Shown here: one piece after another, positions 18,970-27,486 of the stretch
Position numbering within the stretch: the stretch's first letter is position 1
Layout of the letters: the number at the start of each line of letters is the position of its first letter
Source: a virus
IMG/VR virus record: IMGVR_UViG_3300046804_003540
Span: 8,014-72,013 of that record
DNA: 64,000 nucleotides
Strand: one strand, 5' to 3'
Notes under the pieces: generated by a model
Told to the model about the DNA's origin: nothing
What the model saw: the letters and a program-made list of their open reading frames with translations, nothing else
Database searches by the model: none
Position numbers and translations under genes: made by a program

Positions 18970-18998
18970 ATTGTAGTGCAGTTTTTGAATGTTGTCAA
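18970..18998 (-). promoter_or_regulatory. Sigma70 promoter for the tRNA
   Basis: TTGACA-N17-TACAAT, ending 8 nt before the tRNA 5' end. Confidence 0.8.
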
Positions 18999-19061
18999 GA
19001 TTTTATTTTGGAATTATCTAACCAATAAATATTCATACTCAAGGCACACAAAGGTTATTCA

Positions 19062-20732
19062 ATGAACAAATACGATGAACTAGAATTATTAATCAAGAAA
19101 TTTACAAGAGCACTACCCGACACCGAACAATATCAACTACGCTTAGAACAAGAATTAGAATTAATAGCGAAACTAGGATTTGCCAAGCACTTTCTTCGTG
19201 TTAGAGAAATCCTGGATCTTACCAAAGATATACCACACATTACCCGTGGGTCAGCAGGTTCAAGTTTAATCTGTTGGCTCATGGGCATTTCGGATGTAGA
19301 CCCCATACAAGAACGAATCCCCCTAGCAAGATTTATGAATCCCAAACGAGATGACTTGCCAGACATTGACTTGGACTTTCCGCACTATCAACAGGAAACT
19401 GTCATGAACAGAATCTACAAGCGATGGCCTGGGCAAAGTGCTAGGGTCAGTAACTTTGTTACTTACAAAGAAAAGTCAGCTGTGCGCGAAGCGGCCAAAA
19501 GATATGGTGCCAAAGGTCGCTTAAAGCGAAACTTTAAACTAGCAGATGTCGTGCCTGAGTATGCCGAAGAAGCAGAACGACTGGCTAAAAAATTAGTGGG
19601 CAAAAAACGCTGTATTAGCAAACACTGTGGTGGCATCCTAATCTTTGATAGGCCTGTGCCTAAAAGTCTTATTAACGCTGAAAATCAAATCTTGTTGGAC
19701 AAGTATGAAATTGAAGACTTAGAACATTTTAAGATTGATATTTTAGCTAATCGAGGACTCAGCCAACTGTGGGAAATAGCAGAGCGTGATCTACTAGACT
19801 ATCCCGAAGAAGATGCGGCCACTGCTGAACTATTGGCTCGTGGAGATGTTTTGGGAGTCACACAAGCAGAGTCACCTGCTATGCGTAGACTGTTTAGAGC
19901 AATCAAACCTCGCAGTCGTGCAGACTGTGTGTTGGCCACGGCATTAATTCGCCCCGTGGCCACACAGGGTCGTAGGCGTGCGTCATTTTTTCAAGACTGG
20001 AGTCAAGACAGCTTTGACAATACCATTGTGTTTGAAGACGATGCCATAGAACTAATTGCTAATATCTTGGGCTGTGACCACTATGAAGCAGACATGTGGC
20101 GTCGTGCGTTTGCTAAAAAGAACGAAGAAAAGATGTTTGAGTTCATGCAGTTGGTGGGTGACCATCCTCGTCGAGATGAAGTCACAGCAGCACTAAAAGA
20201 ACTCAGTCATTTTGGTCTTTGTCGTGCTCACGCCATCAACTTGGGTAGATTGATTTGGGCACTGGCTTACCAAAAAGCACACAATGCCAAACAGTTTTGG
20301 ACAGCAGCACTGAAACACTGCCAAGGCAGTTACAGTCGCTGGGTCTATTGGCAAGAAGCCAAATTGGCCGGTGCTGTGCCCAGTGTGTTAGAAGGCAATG
20401 AAGTAGATGACCTACAACATACTGGACAATGGCGCAGTCGCAAGTTCATACCTGCTTGTAGAGAAATACGCAGACCTGGTGAAGTTGAATTCTGCGGCCT
20501 AATTGCCAATTATCGTGTGTTTAAATCTGGTACCAAAGACTATATTACTTTTGCCACAGTAGGCACAGGTAATGGTAGATATTTGGATGTTATATTGAAA
20601 CATGCCATAAGTTTTCATGACTACCCTGTACTCTGGGGTTCGGGTAAACTGGGCTATAAAAATAACACAGAATATGTTACAGTTGTTAAACACAAGCGAT
20701 TGAAACTACAGGACATAAGGCACATAGAATGA
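19062..20732 (+). CDS. dnaE: Compact family C DNA polymerase (DnaE-like) lacking the PHP domain
   Basis: RGSAGSSL, RFMNP.R..LPDIDLDF, SKHCGG, KIDIL, Q.ES, ALIRP, RAHA; OB-fold-like C-terminus. Confidence 0.85.
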   Translation: MNKYDELELLIKKFTRALPDTEQYQLRLEQELELIAKLGFAKHFLRVREILDLTKDIPHITRGSAGSSLICWLMGISDVDPIQERIPLARFMNPKRDDLPDIDLDFPHYQQETVMNRIYKRWPGQSARVSNFVTYKEKSAVREAAKRYGAKGRLKRNFKLADVVPEYAEEAERLAKKLVGKKRCISKHCGGILIFDRPVPKSLINAENQILLDKYEIEDLEHFKIDILANRGLSQLWEIAERDLLDYPEEDAATAELLARGDVLGVTQAESPAMRRLFRAIKPRSRADCVLATALIRPVATQGRRRASFFQDWSQDSFDNTIVFEDDAIELIANILGCDHYEADMWRRAFAKKNEEKMFEFMQLVGDHPRRDEVTAALKELSHFGLCRAHAINLGRLIWALAYQKAHNAKQFWTAALKHCQGSYSRWVYWQEAKLAGAVPSVLEGNEVDDLQHTGQWRSRKFIPACREIRRPGEVEFCGLIANYRVFKSGTKDYITFATVGTGNGRYLDVILKHAISFHDYPVLWGSGKLGYKNNTEYVTVVKHKRLKLQDIRHIE

Positions 20733-21025
20733 AATCAAGACTACACCTACACAGCCACACAGGACCACAGACTAGAGCATATATTGTGGCTGAACCTGCA
20801 GCACTAAAAGCCTTGGCACAGGCCGCGGATCGAGCAGCTAAAAGTGTTATTGGCATGGAAACCGTAAAGTTCTACAGCAGTGATGGGCATGAATATGAAC
20901 TGTTTATTGCCTGTGATGTAAGTGAAGACGAATGGCAGACCATGCCAGGGCCTTATGAAAAAACCAGCCAACCTGATGAATTGGCTGTGGTAAAACTCTA
21001 CGATGAAATAAAAAAGCCTGCTTGA
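20729..21025 (+). CDS. Hypothetical protein coupled to the dnaE-like gene
   Basis: ATGA overlap; followed by a hairpin. Confidence 0.7.
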   Translation: MKSRLHLHSHTGPQTRAYIVAEPAALKALAQAADRAAKSVIGMETVKFYSSDGHEYELFIACDVSEDEWQTMPGPYEKTSQPDELAVVKLYDEIKKPA

Positions 21026-21038
21026 TTGCAGGCTTGTT
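21014..21038. terminator. Hairpin between convergent genes
   Basis: AAGCCTGC…GCAGGCTT. Confidence 0.6.
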
Positions 21039-21054
21039 GTGAATTAAAATCCAA

Positions 21055-21327
21055 TTACTTGGTCTTAACTTTGAAAGCTTCAGTGATGCTGTCAAAGTGC
21101 TTCATCCAGTCATACTTCATTGCTTCTTGTGACATGCGAACACCTTCGGTGTAGAGCTTGCTGGCAACTTCGCTAGTAGCTTTTGCAGCACTTTTGGTAT
21201 AAGCAGTTTGGGCATCAACAAATTGATGCAGTGCATCAGCAACTTTTTCTTGCTTGGCAAATACTGTGCTGATTGCGGTTTTTTTAGCAGTTTGAATGCT
21301 GTCGATGGTTGCGTCTAGTGTAAACAT
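21055..21327 (-). CDS. Phasin-like small helical protein
   Basis: IDSIQTAKK…FVDAQTAYTK amphipathic helices; AAGGAG RBS. Confidence 0.55.
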   Translation of the reverse strand: MFTLDATIDSIQTAKKTAISTVFAKQEKVADALHQFVDAQTAYTKSAAKATSEVASKLYTEGVRMSQEAMKYDWMKHFDSITEAFKVKTK

Positions 21328-21503
21328 GATTTCTCCTTGTTAAGCGAGTTTACGAATACTTTCAGGACCCGCCCTATTGCGGCATCCTTATTAGTATTTA
21401 TACTAGTATACTGTCAAAAAACTAAAAAATCAATGAAAAAATTAGTGTGCCAACACTAATAAGTAAATACTGTACATTCAATAAACTTGCAAGGAGAAAT
21501 CGA

Positions 21504-21761
21504 ATGGAAATCATTATTTTTATTCTTATTGTAGTTGGCGGCTGGTGGCTCTACCGCGCTAACAGCAGTAAAAAAGTTGAAAGTAACACTTCAACCGCAG
21601 TAGAAGCAGCACCAGTAGTAGAAGAAGCTAAACCAGTGACTATTGCTGTAGCAGCACAAGATACTGTTGCAGGAAAACCTGCTAAGAAAAAACCAGCAGC
21701 TAAAAAAGCGCCTGCTAAAAAGCCAGCAGCTAAAAAAGCTGCTAAACCAAAAGCAAAGTAA
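21504..21761 (+). CDS. Membrane-anchored protein with a histone H1-like PAKK tail
   Basis: AAGGAG RBS, N-terminal TM helix, KKPAAKK repeats. Confidence 0.75.
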   Translation: MEIIIFILIVVGGWWLYRANSSKKVESNTSTAVEAAPVVEEAKPVTIAVAAQDTVAGKPAKKKPAAKKAPAKKPAAKKAAKPKAK

Positions 21762-21778
21762 TTAATTTTGTAGATGGT

Positions 21779-21810
21779 AAAAAAAGCCACCCCAGGGTGG
21801 CTTTATTTTT
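21779..21810. terminator. Bidirectional intrinsic terminator
   Basis: AAAGCCACCC/GGGTGGCTTT with A and T runs between convergent genes. Confidence 0.8.
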
Positions 21811-22927
21811 TGGTGAAAACATAAACACCTTCATATTTTTCTTTACCAGCTGTTTTGTCATTACCTACCCCGGGTCTAGTATTCAACATCATTTTAATTG
21901 TACGCGAATGTTTGAATCCTAGCTGTTCGGCAGTTTGTATCCAACGGTCTACAACAAAATACTCTTTGTTGCCATAGCTTTTATAATCAGCAATGTTGGT
22001 AGCAAATACTCCGTCGCTGTTTAGTCCTCGATGGATGTTACGCATGGTGGGCACAACATAACCCTCAAACCATTCATCCATGGTAGTGTATCGAACCATA
22101 CACTGTGTGGGTTCATCACAGTACTTTTCTAAGTTAAAATAAGGAGGACTACTGAACGCCAAGTCGATGTTTTCAGGTTCATATTCTTCGCTGACTGTTT
22201 GAACGATTGTGCCCTGATTGCCTACAGCTGATTCAATCAGTGTGTTAAGATATTGTAAGTTATTAACAGTTTCAGTATTGGGATCTATGCCAATATAATT
22301 GTACTTCATTTTACTGGTTGTAATGCCCAACAGTCTACCACCAAAGCCTGCACTATAGTCGTATACCGACCCCCACATAACAGGACATAGTTCTTCCGCA
22401 ATGGCTCTGGCATTAAGGCTTTTAAAATTCTGTATATTTTCACCTGTAACCAACTCTAGTGCTCTGCGTATAGCAGTGGGATGAACTAAGTTGTTGCCTT
22501 CTCTGTGTTCAAAGCACAGTTTTATTGCTCGTTTAAATTTGGCATCATCTAGGAATCTATCTCTCAAACTGTTACTGCCACGACCCTTTGGTTCAGCAGT
22601 CATCATATTAGGAAATAAAAACCTATTGATAGTCTGTCCTTGGTTATTACCTAAACCTATTACATTTGCATCCACAGCATTAGCCACCGTATTAGCTAAA
22701 TTTTTAATTGCAGCAACAAGCCCTTGTTCCGTATAGTAAACAATTGGCACTAAGTTTATAGACCTATACAAGTCAAAGACTCTAGTGACTGTGCCCTCTG
22801 CGTCCTTATCGTAAGTGTCTTTGGTAATACCTGCTAATTGATCATATATGGGCTCGTAGCCAGTAAACTCATCACCATATATGTGATGCGGCTGAATAGC
22901 CCACTGCTGATATAAATTACCAATCAT
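21803..22927 (-). CDS. DNA amino-methyltransferase-like protein
   Basis: YDYSAGFGGRL (motif I), GIDPN, SSPPY (motif IV). Confidence 0.8.
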   Translation of the reverse strand: MIGNLYQQWAIQPHHIYGDEFTGYEPIYDQLAGITKDTYDKDAEGTVTRVFDLYRSINLVPIVYYTEQGLVAAIKNLANTVANAVDANVIGLGNNQGQTINRFLFPNMMTAEPKGRGSNSLRDRFLDDAKFKRAIKLCFEHREGNNLVHPTAIRRALELVTGENIQNFKSLNARAIAEELCPVMWGSVYDYSAGFGGRLLGITTSKMKYNYIGIDPNTETVNNLQYLNTLIESAVGNQGTIVQTVSEEYEPENIDLAFSSPPYFNLEKYCDEPTQCMVRYTTMDEWFEGYVVPTMRNIHRGLNSDGVFATNIADYKSYGNKEYFVVDRWIQTAEQLGFKHSRTIKMMLNTRPGVGNDKTAGKEKYEGVYVFTKK

Positions 22928-23946
22928 CGACAGTATTGTTCAAACAGTGCAAAGCTGGCTAAGTTTTTGCCTTTGCTTTCGCACATGATATCTGCCCACT
23001 CATTATGACTAACAGCCCATTTATTCACTTCGTGATTCCAATAGAAATCACTGTGTGCTCTTAGTCGGGCTTTTTTGTAGTTACTGGCCAGCAGAGACTC
23101 CATAATTGGGCGATTTCCTGTGTCATGATTGACGAGTACATCTTCACGGCTAACACTGTAATGAATAACAGGCCGCACACCACGCCAACTATCAATAACT
23201 TTTTTAATACGGTCATCGTTAGCTTCAATGTATTCTCCTGTCTTAATCCAGTGGTGATGTATGTCCAATACCAATGCAAGATCTTTTGCCAGTTCTAGCG
23301 TACTGTCTAGTCCCCAAGCCATTTCTTCGTTTTCGATGGTAATAGTATTGCGAGCTTCGGGCGACATCTGTTTGAGCGCGGTTCTAATACCTTCGGGACC
23401 GGCTCTACCCGCGATGTGGACATTGATCTTGAAGTCTTGAAATTTCTTGCCGTATCCCATCCAACGAGCCATGTCCACATGATATTCAAACTCCTCTATT
23501 GACCTTTGAACAACATCGCTTTTATCGCTAGCCAACACACAAAACTGGCCAGGATGAAAACTAAGACGGGTATCGCTCCTACGAGCACTATCACCGATAA
23601 GGCCAAAATTGCGTTCGCAATAACGAATAACATCGTCCCTGCGCCAAAAATAACTCCAATTAGGTTCGGTGTAAGCAGGTAACAGATCACTGCTAAGGCG
23701 AACCATCCTAAGACATTCATGTTGCTCTCCTATTCGATCTACCAAAAGTTTGGTTGCTTGAATGTTTTGGACCATAAGGTCCCATAGCTTTTGTTCAGCA
23801 ACTTCGCGCTTTTGTTTATTTAACCAAGTAATGGTAGTGGTGCCGGTATTGTATTTTTTGCAGTCATCTTTGGGCTTGATGCCGTCAATCTGTCGGGCTT
23901 CATCAATCCATTTACAGGCAAAACCAATGCGTTTAAGTGTAGTCAT
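22924..23946 (-). CDS. uvsE: UV damage endonuclease
   Basis: RIGFAC, RLSS, SFHPGQF, NVH, TIEN, LDIHHH, HYS, AHSD, ESKGK. Confidence 0.92.
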   Translation of the reverse strand: MTTLKRIGFACKWIDEARQIDGIKPKDDCKKYNTGTTTITWLNKQKREVAEQKLWDLMVQNIQATKLLVDRIGEQHECLRMVRLSSDLLPAYTEPNWSYFWRRDDVIRYCERNFGLIGDSARRSDTRLSFHPGQFCVLASDKSDVVQRSIEEFEYHVDMARWMGYGKKFQDFKINVHIAGRAGPEGIRTALKQMSPEARNTITIENEEMAWGLDSTLELAKDLALVLDIHHHWIKTGEYIEANDDRIKKVIDSWRGVRPVIHYSVSREDVLVNHDTGNRPIMESLLASNYKKARLRAHSDFYWNHEVNKWAVSHNEWADIMCESKGKNLASFALFEQYCR

Positions 23947-23982
23947 GCTATAATTATAACAGCATATAATTTACTAGTCAAC

Positions 23983-24699
23983 TTAGTTGTTTTCGAATCT
24001 AATTGAAATAACGTGTTCGTAGTTCTTTTTGATTAAGCTCTTATACATCAAATTTTTATGTACCAAAAAGTCTGTTGCACCTGCATCCATACAGAATTTA
24101 GCCATTTGTTTGAAATACATGGTTTTTCGATTTGATACAGCTCTACAAGCAGTTTTAGATCCTGCTAATTCATAGGTCGTTGTTGTAAAACTGTTTTTAT
24201 CAGTTTGGTGCCAGTCGTGAATTTCTGTGTATGCAGTTATACCGTTATTTTTAACAATAGCTGGTTGGCTGTATTCTCTATCTTTGAAATCTTGATTTTT
24301 ATAATCTTTAACTGTTGTTATAATGATTTCGTTGGCCAATCTACACATATTTGTAATGGCATCTTTTTGTGCTTGATCAGAATCTGCAAAGGTAAAGTAT
24401 TCATCAACTGCTATGATGCAGTCTACCGTTTTGGGTTGATCGAGCTGTCGAATTTCTGGTCTGTGAGATTTTAGCCAAGTGAAAATTTTGTCACTTATTT
24501 CAGTAACATAAATTTCTTTTGCTTGAACACTTAGAATAGCAGGATTGAAACCAACAAACAGATACGACTCTGGGCTTACATTGTAAAACTCAGTAATTTT
24601 GTCGATTATGTCTTGTTTTCTATCTACTATGTCTTTGTTCTTATTATGCAAGCAAAAAGCATCAAACACAATTTCTGTGTACTGACTAAACTGACTCAT
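23983..24699 (-). CDS. Hypothetical protein, possibly a degenerate methyltransferase fold
   Basis: LFVGFNPA; DCIIAVDEYFTF. Confidence 0.55.
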   Translation of the reverse strand: MSQFSQYTEIVFDAFCLHNKNKDIVDRKQDIIDKITEFYNVSPESYLFVGFNPAILSVQAKEIYVTEISDKIFTWLKSHRPEIRQLDQPKTVDCIIAVDEYFTFADSDQAQKDAITNMCRLANEIIITTVKDYKNQDFKDREYSQPAIVKNNGITAYTEIHDWHQTDKNSFTTTTYELAGSKTACRAVSNRKTMYFKQMAKFCMDAGATDFLVHKNLMYKSLIKKNYEHVISIRFENN

Positions 24700-24730
24700 A
24701 AATTCTTTCTAACCAAAAGTTATTAGTTAT

Positions 24731-25744
24731 TTATTGTGTTCGTTCCAAATCCAAAGTCACACAATGAAAGCCGCCGCCCAATGTTCTGCTATGTCTTAGC
24801 TCTAAAGGCACAACAGTTTGACCTACTTGTTCTAATTGGCGAATAAGATCAGTTTGGTTCTTATCTACTACCACTGTTCTAGGATTGATGCTGAACATAT
24901 TGAGTGCTATCCACTTACTGGCGTAAGGATAATTGAAAAAAGTTTGTGGCACAACATCTTTAACATAAATCTTTGTCCAACCTTCAAACAGTTGAGGACA
25001 GTTAGATTCATTTACTCTGCTGCCATTTAGGACTACAACACCGTCCCGCAATACGCTTATTGTACTATCTATATGTGCATAACTGTATAGGTTATCGATA
25101 ACATGCACTCTATATTTTTTACCTAATATGTTTTGCAACCATTCAGCGCCTAATCTGTTACCACTGTTACTTACAAGATATAATATATCGTCATTATGCC
25201 TTAAGATATTGGCAGCATCAAACATAGGCTCACGCTCACTTAGAATAATATTGCCGTCTCTTACATAATTGTCTAAACTTAACAGTCTTGGTCTGGGTGC
25301 GGACAACCATCTAGCACCATCTTTTATGGCTCGGTCTCTAATGTGCCAATATGCCTCTGCTTCCATTTGTCTACTGCGATAGACCATGGGACATTCTATT
25401 ACCATGTCATCAATGACCAACAGCACATCTCGGGGACAATAATTGTACATACCGTCAGTGGTCCAATGATATGTGGTAAGTTTATATTCGTGATCTAATT
25501 CTTTAGGCCTATAAACTTTAACACCAAAACTTTTTAAAGTTTGAGCTAACTGTTCTAGGTCTTCGTTGGCTTCATCAATAATATGTTGAGGGAAAGGGCC
25601 CGCAGGCAAAGGTGTTTCAGTCCAAGTAGTGACTTCTTGATTATAACGAAAAATCTCGTCAAGCTTGGGAAACTGTGCTCCTGTGGCATCGCCCACAACA
25701 CAACTGACCAATGGGTCATATTCATTACTGCTGGATATTTTCAT
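24731..25744 (-). CDS. Amidinotransferase (glycine/inosamine-phosphate type)
   Basis: NEYDPL…VVG, CPRD, FDAAN, HIDST, GGGFHCVT. Confidence 0.92.
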   Translation of the reverse strand: MKISSSNEYDPLVSCVVGDATGAQFPKLDEIFRYNQEVTTWTETPLPAGPFPQHIIDEANEDLEQLAQTLKSFGVKVYRPKELDHEYKLTTYHWTTDGMYNYCPRDVLLVIDDMVIECPMVYRSRQMEAEAYWHIRDRAIKDGARWLSAPRPRLLSLDNYVRDGNIILSEREPMFDAANILRHNDDILYLVSNSGNRLGAEWLQNILGKKYRVHVIDNLYSYAHIDSTISVLRDGVVVLNGSRVNESNCPQLFEGWTKIYVKDVVPQTFFNYPYASKWIALNMFSINPRTVVVDKNQTDLIRQLEQVGQTVVPLELRHSRTLGGGFHCVTLDLERTQ

Positions 25745-26259
25745 ATATGCCCAGTAATTTGCAGTGTATATCTAGGATCCAATCCAAGGTTAGCTGCCAT
25801 GTGTACAGTGTCGTAGCGCCAAACAACACAGTCTCCTGCACGCCAACCTACAAAAGGTTCATTATCGTACTCAGCGTAATGACCGCTACACCAGTCTTCA
25901 AGAAATATAACTGCACGATAGATTCTATCTTCACGACCTTCTAAGTTGAATAATTTAATGTAGGCTTTGTACAAGTCACTGTGATTGGGCAGTACTACCC
26001 CTGTGTCCATTCTGTAGTAACTGGTACCTACATCTTGCCAACCTTTGCTTTGAAAAATGTCAATTATGCGTTGATTCCATGAAGGCTGTGGCCTACGCAT
26101 GTCACACATAACACCAGTAAATGGGCCTGAGTAACCTTGCGTTACCCAGACTGCTACATTTTCAGAATCGTTAAAAGGTTCTCGAATATAATCAAGTTCC
26201 TTATACTGATTATCCCAAAACGGATGTAAGTGTATTTTACTGACCGCGGGTGTTACCAT
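25741..26259 (-). CDS. Cupin / 2OG-Fe(II) oxygenase-like protein
   Basis: HSD…H (HMAAN)…RYTLQITG facial-triad pattern. Confidence 0.7.
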   Translation of the reverse strand: MVTPAVSKIHLHPFWDNQYKELDYIREPFNDSENVAVWVTQGYSGPFTGVMCDMRRPQPSWNQRIIDIFQSKGWQDVGTSYYRMDTGVVLPNHSDLYKAYIKLFNLEGREDRIYRAVIFLEDWCSGHYAEYDNEPFVGWRAGDCVVWRYDTVHMAANLGLDPRYTLQITGHI

Positions 26260-27484
26260 AATGGATAACTTTAATGTTTCCAACAGTTTGTAGTTTACGC
26301 CAAGGATCTACAATGATACTTCCACCCGCAATGGTTACATATGGTGTTGTATCTTGCTGATCGCCTGTGTATTCATAGGTAATTTTTCTATTATGTGCCC
26401 ATAGATAAACAGCAGGACCTGCTATATCGTCAACCACTTCTGTTTTGTCGTCAGCTAGTGGATCAACATAACGAACAGTTCTACCAAGCTCTTTGACATA
26501 GTGTCCGACCAGTGTACTGTAGCTACCAATGCAGTATTCAACATCAGGTTTATAAGCCTTACCATGAATAACAATTGGCAAGTCTGCTGCATTGGCGGTC
26601 TTAACTAAAAACTCAGCTAGGTTTTTTGCTTGAATTTCACGAGCATGCATGATAGTGTCAAACAAATCGTAGCCCAATTCATATTCTTGTGCCAACCAAC
26701 GCAGTGCAATATTATCACGGGGGTGGCAAGCACCAGCATCACCCATACCAGCAGTCATATACTTGGGACCTTGTAGTCGCATAGTACTGCGAGCCAATGC
26801 ATTAGTAACTACATCAACATTGATATTGCCGATCTTCATGGCAAAGTCTTGAATCATGTTAACGATACCAACTTTAGCACTGATATAGGTATTGTAGAAA
26901 ATCTTAATTGCTTCACATTCGTCCCATGTGCCAACTTCATAACGAGGATCATTCTGCATCATGGTCTTGTACAGTTGAATTAGTTCACCTGCAACACCTG
27001 TCAAGCTGCCATCTTCAGTGCCGATGATAACCATCTCTGGGTTGGCCATGTCCCACTTAACTGATCCCATGGCAATCAAATATGGGTTATACAAAAACTG
27101 GTGTTTTGGATCTAGTCTAGTAATAAAATTACGGCGTGTAGTGCCAGGTAATACTGTAGAAATTAGCACAACCTTTTTGCTGGTCTTGGCATATTTGTTT
27201 ACGGCATCAATTGCGCTGTATACAGCGTCATGTCCAAAGTCTCTTGGCTGCATATGACTAGATGGTACTGACCCGTCGTAGCCTTCTGCATGTGGTGTAG
27301 GTACAGCGATGAAAATCCATTCAGCATTTTCACACAGTTCTTCAATACCACAAACTGTTACAGTATCACTTTGTCTGGGGTAAATATCATATCCCCACAC
27401 ATCATGTTTTTCGGCCATAACTTCAGCACAATCAAGTCCTAGTTTGCCGATACCAATAAAACCAATTTTTTGTCGATTAGTCAT
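26237..27484 (-). CDS. UDP-glucose/GDP-mannose dehydrogenase family protein
   Basis: GIGKLG, IAVPTP, STVLPGT, KIFYN, GACHPRD, AYKP. Confidence 0.92.
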   Translation of the reverse strand: MTNRQKIGFIGIGKLGLDCAEVMAEKHDVWGYDIYPRQSDTVTVCGIEELCENAEWIFIAVPTPHAEGYDGSVPSSHMQPRDFGHDAVYSAIDAVNKYAKTSKKVVLISTVLPGTTRRNFITRLDPKHQFLYNPYLIAMGSVKWDMANPEMVIIGTEDGSLTGVAGELIQLYKTMMQNDPRYEVGTWDECEAIKIFYNTYISAKVGIVNMIQDFAMKIGNINVDVVTNALARSTMRLQGPKYMTAGMGDAGACHPRDNIALRWLAQEYELGYDLFDTIMHAREIQAKNLAEFLVKTANAADLPIVIHGKAYKPDVEYCIGSYSTLVGHYVKELGRTVRYVDPLADDKTEVVDDIAGPAVYLWAHNRKITYEYTGDQQDTTPYVTIAGGSIIVDPWRKLQTVGNIKVIHYGNTRGQ

Positions 27485-27486
27485 TT

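Noticed and set aside
21670-21761. Tandem AAAAAGC-rich repeats
   Set aside because: Explained by the PAKK low-complexity protein tail.
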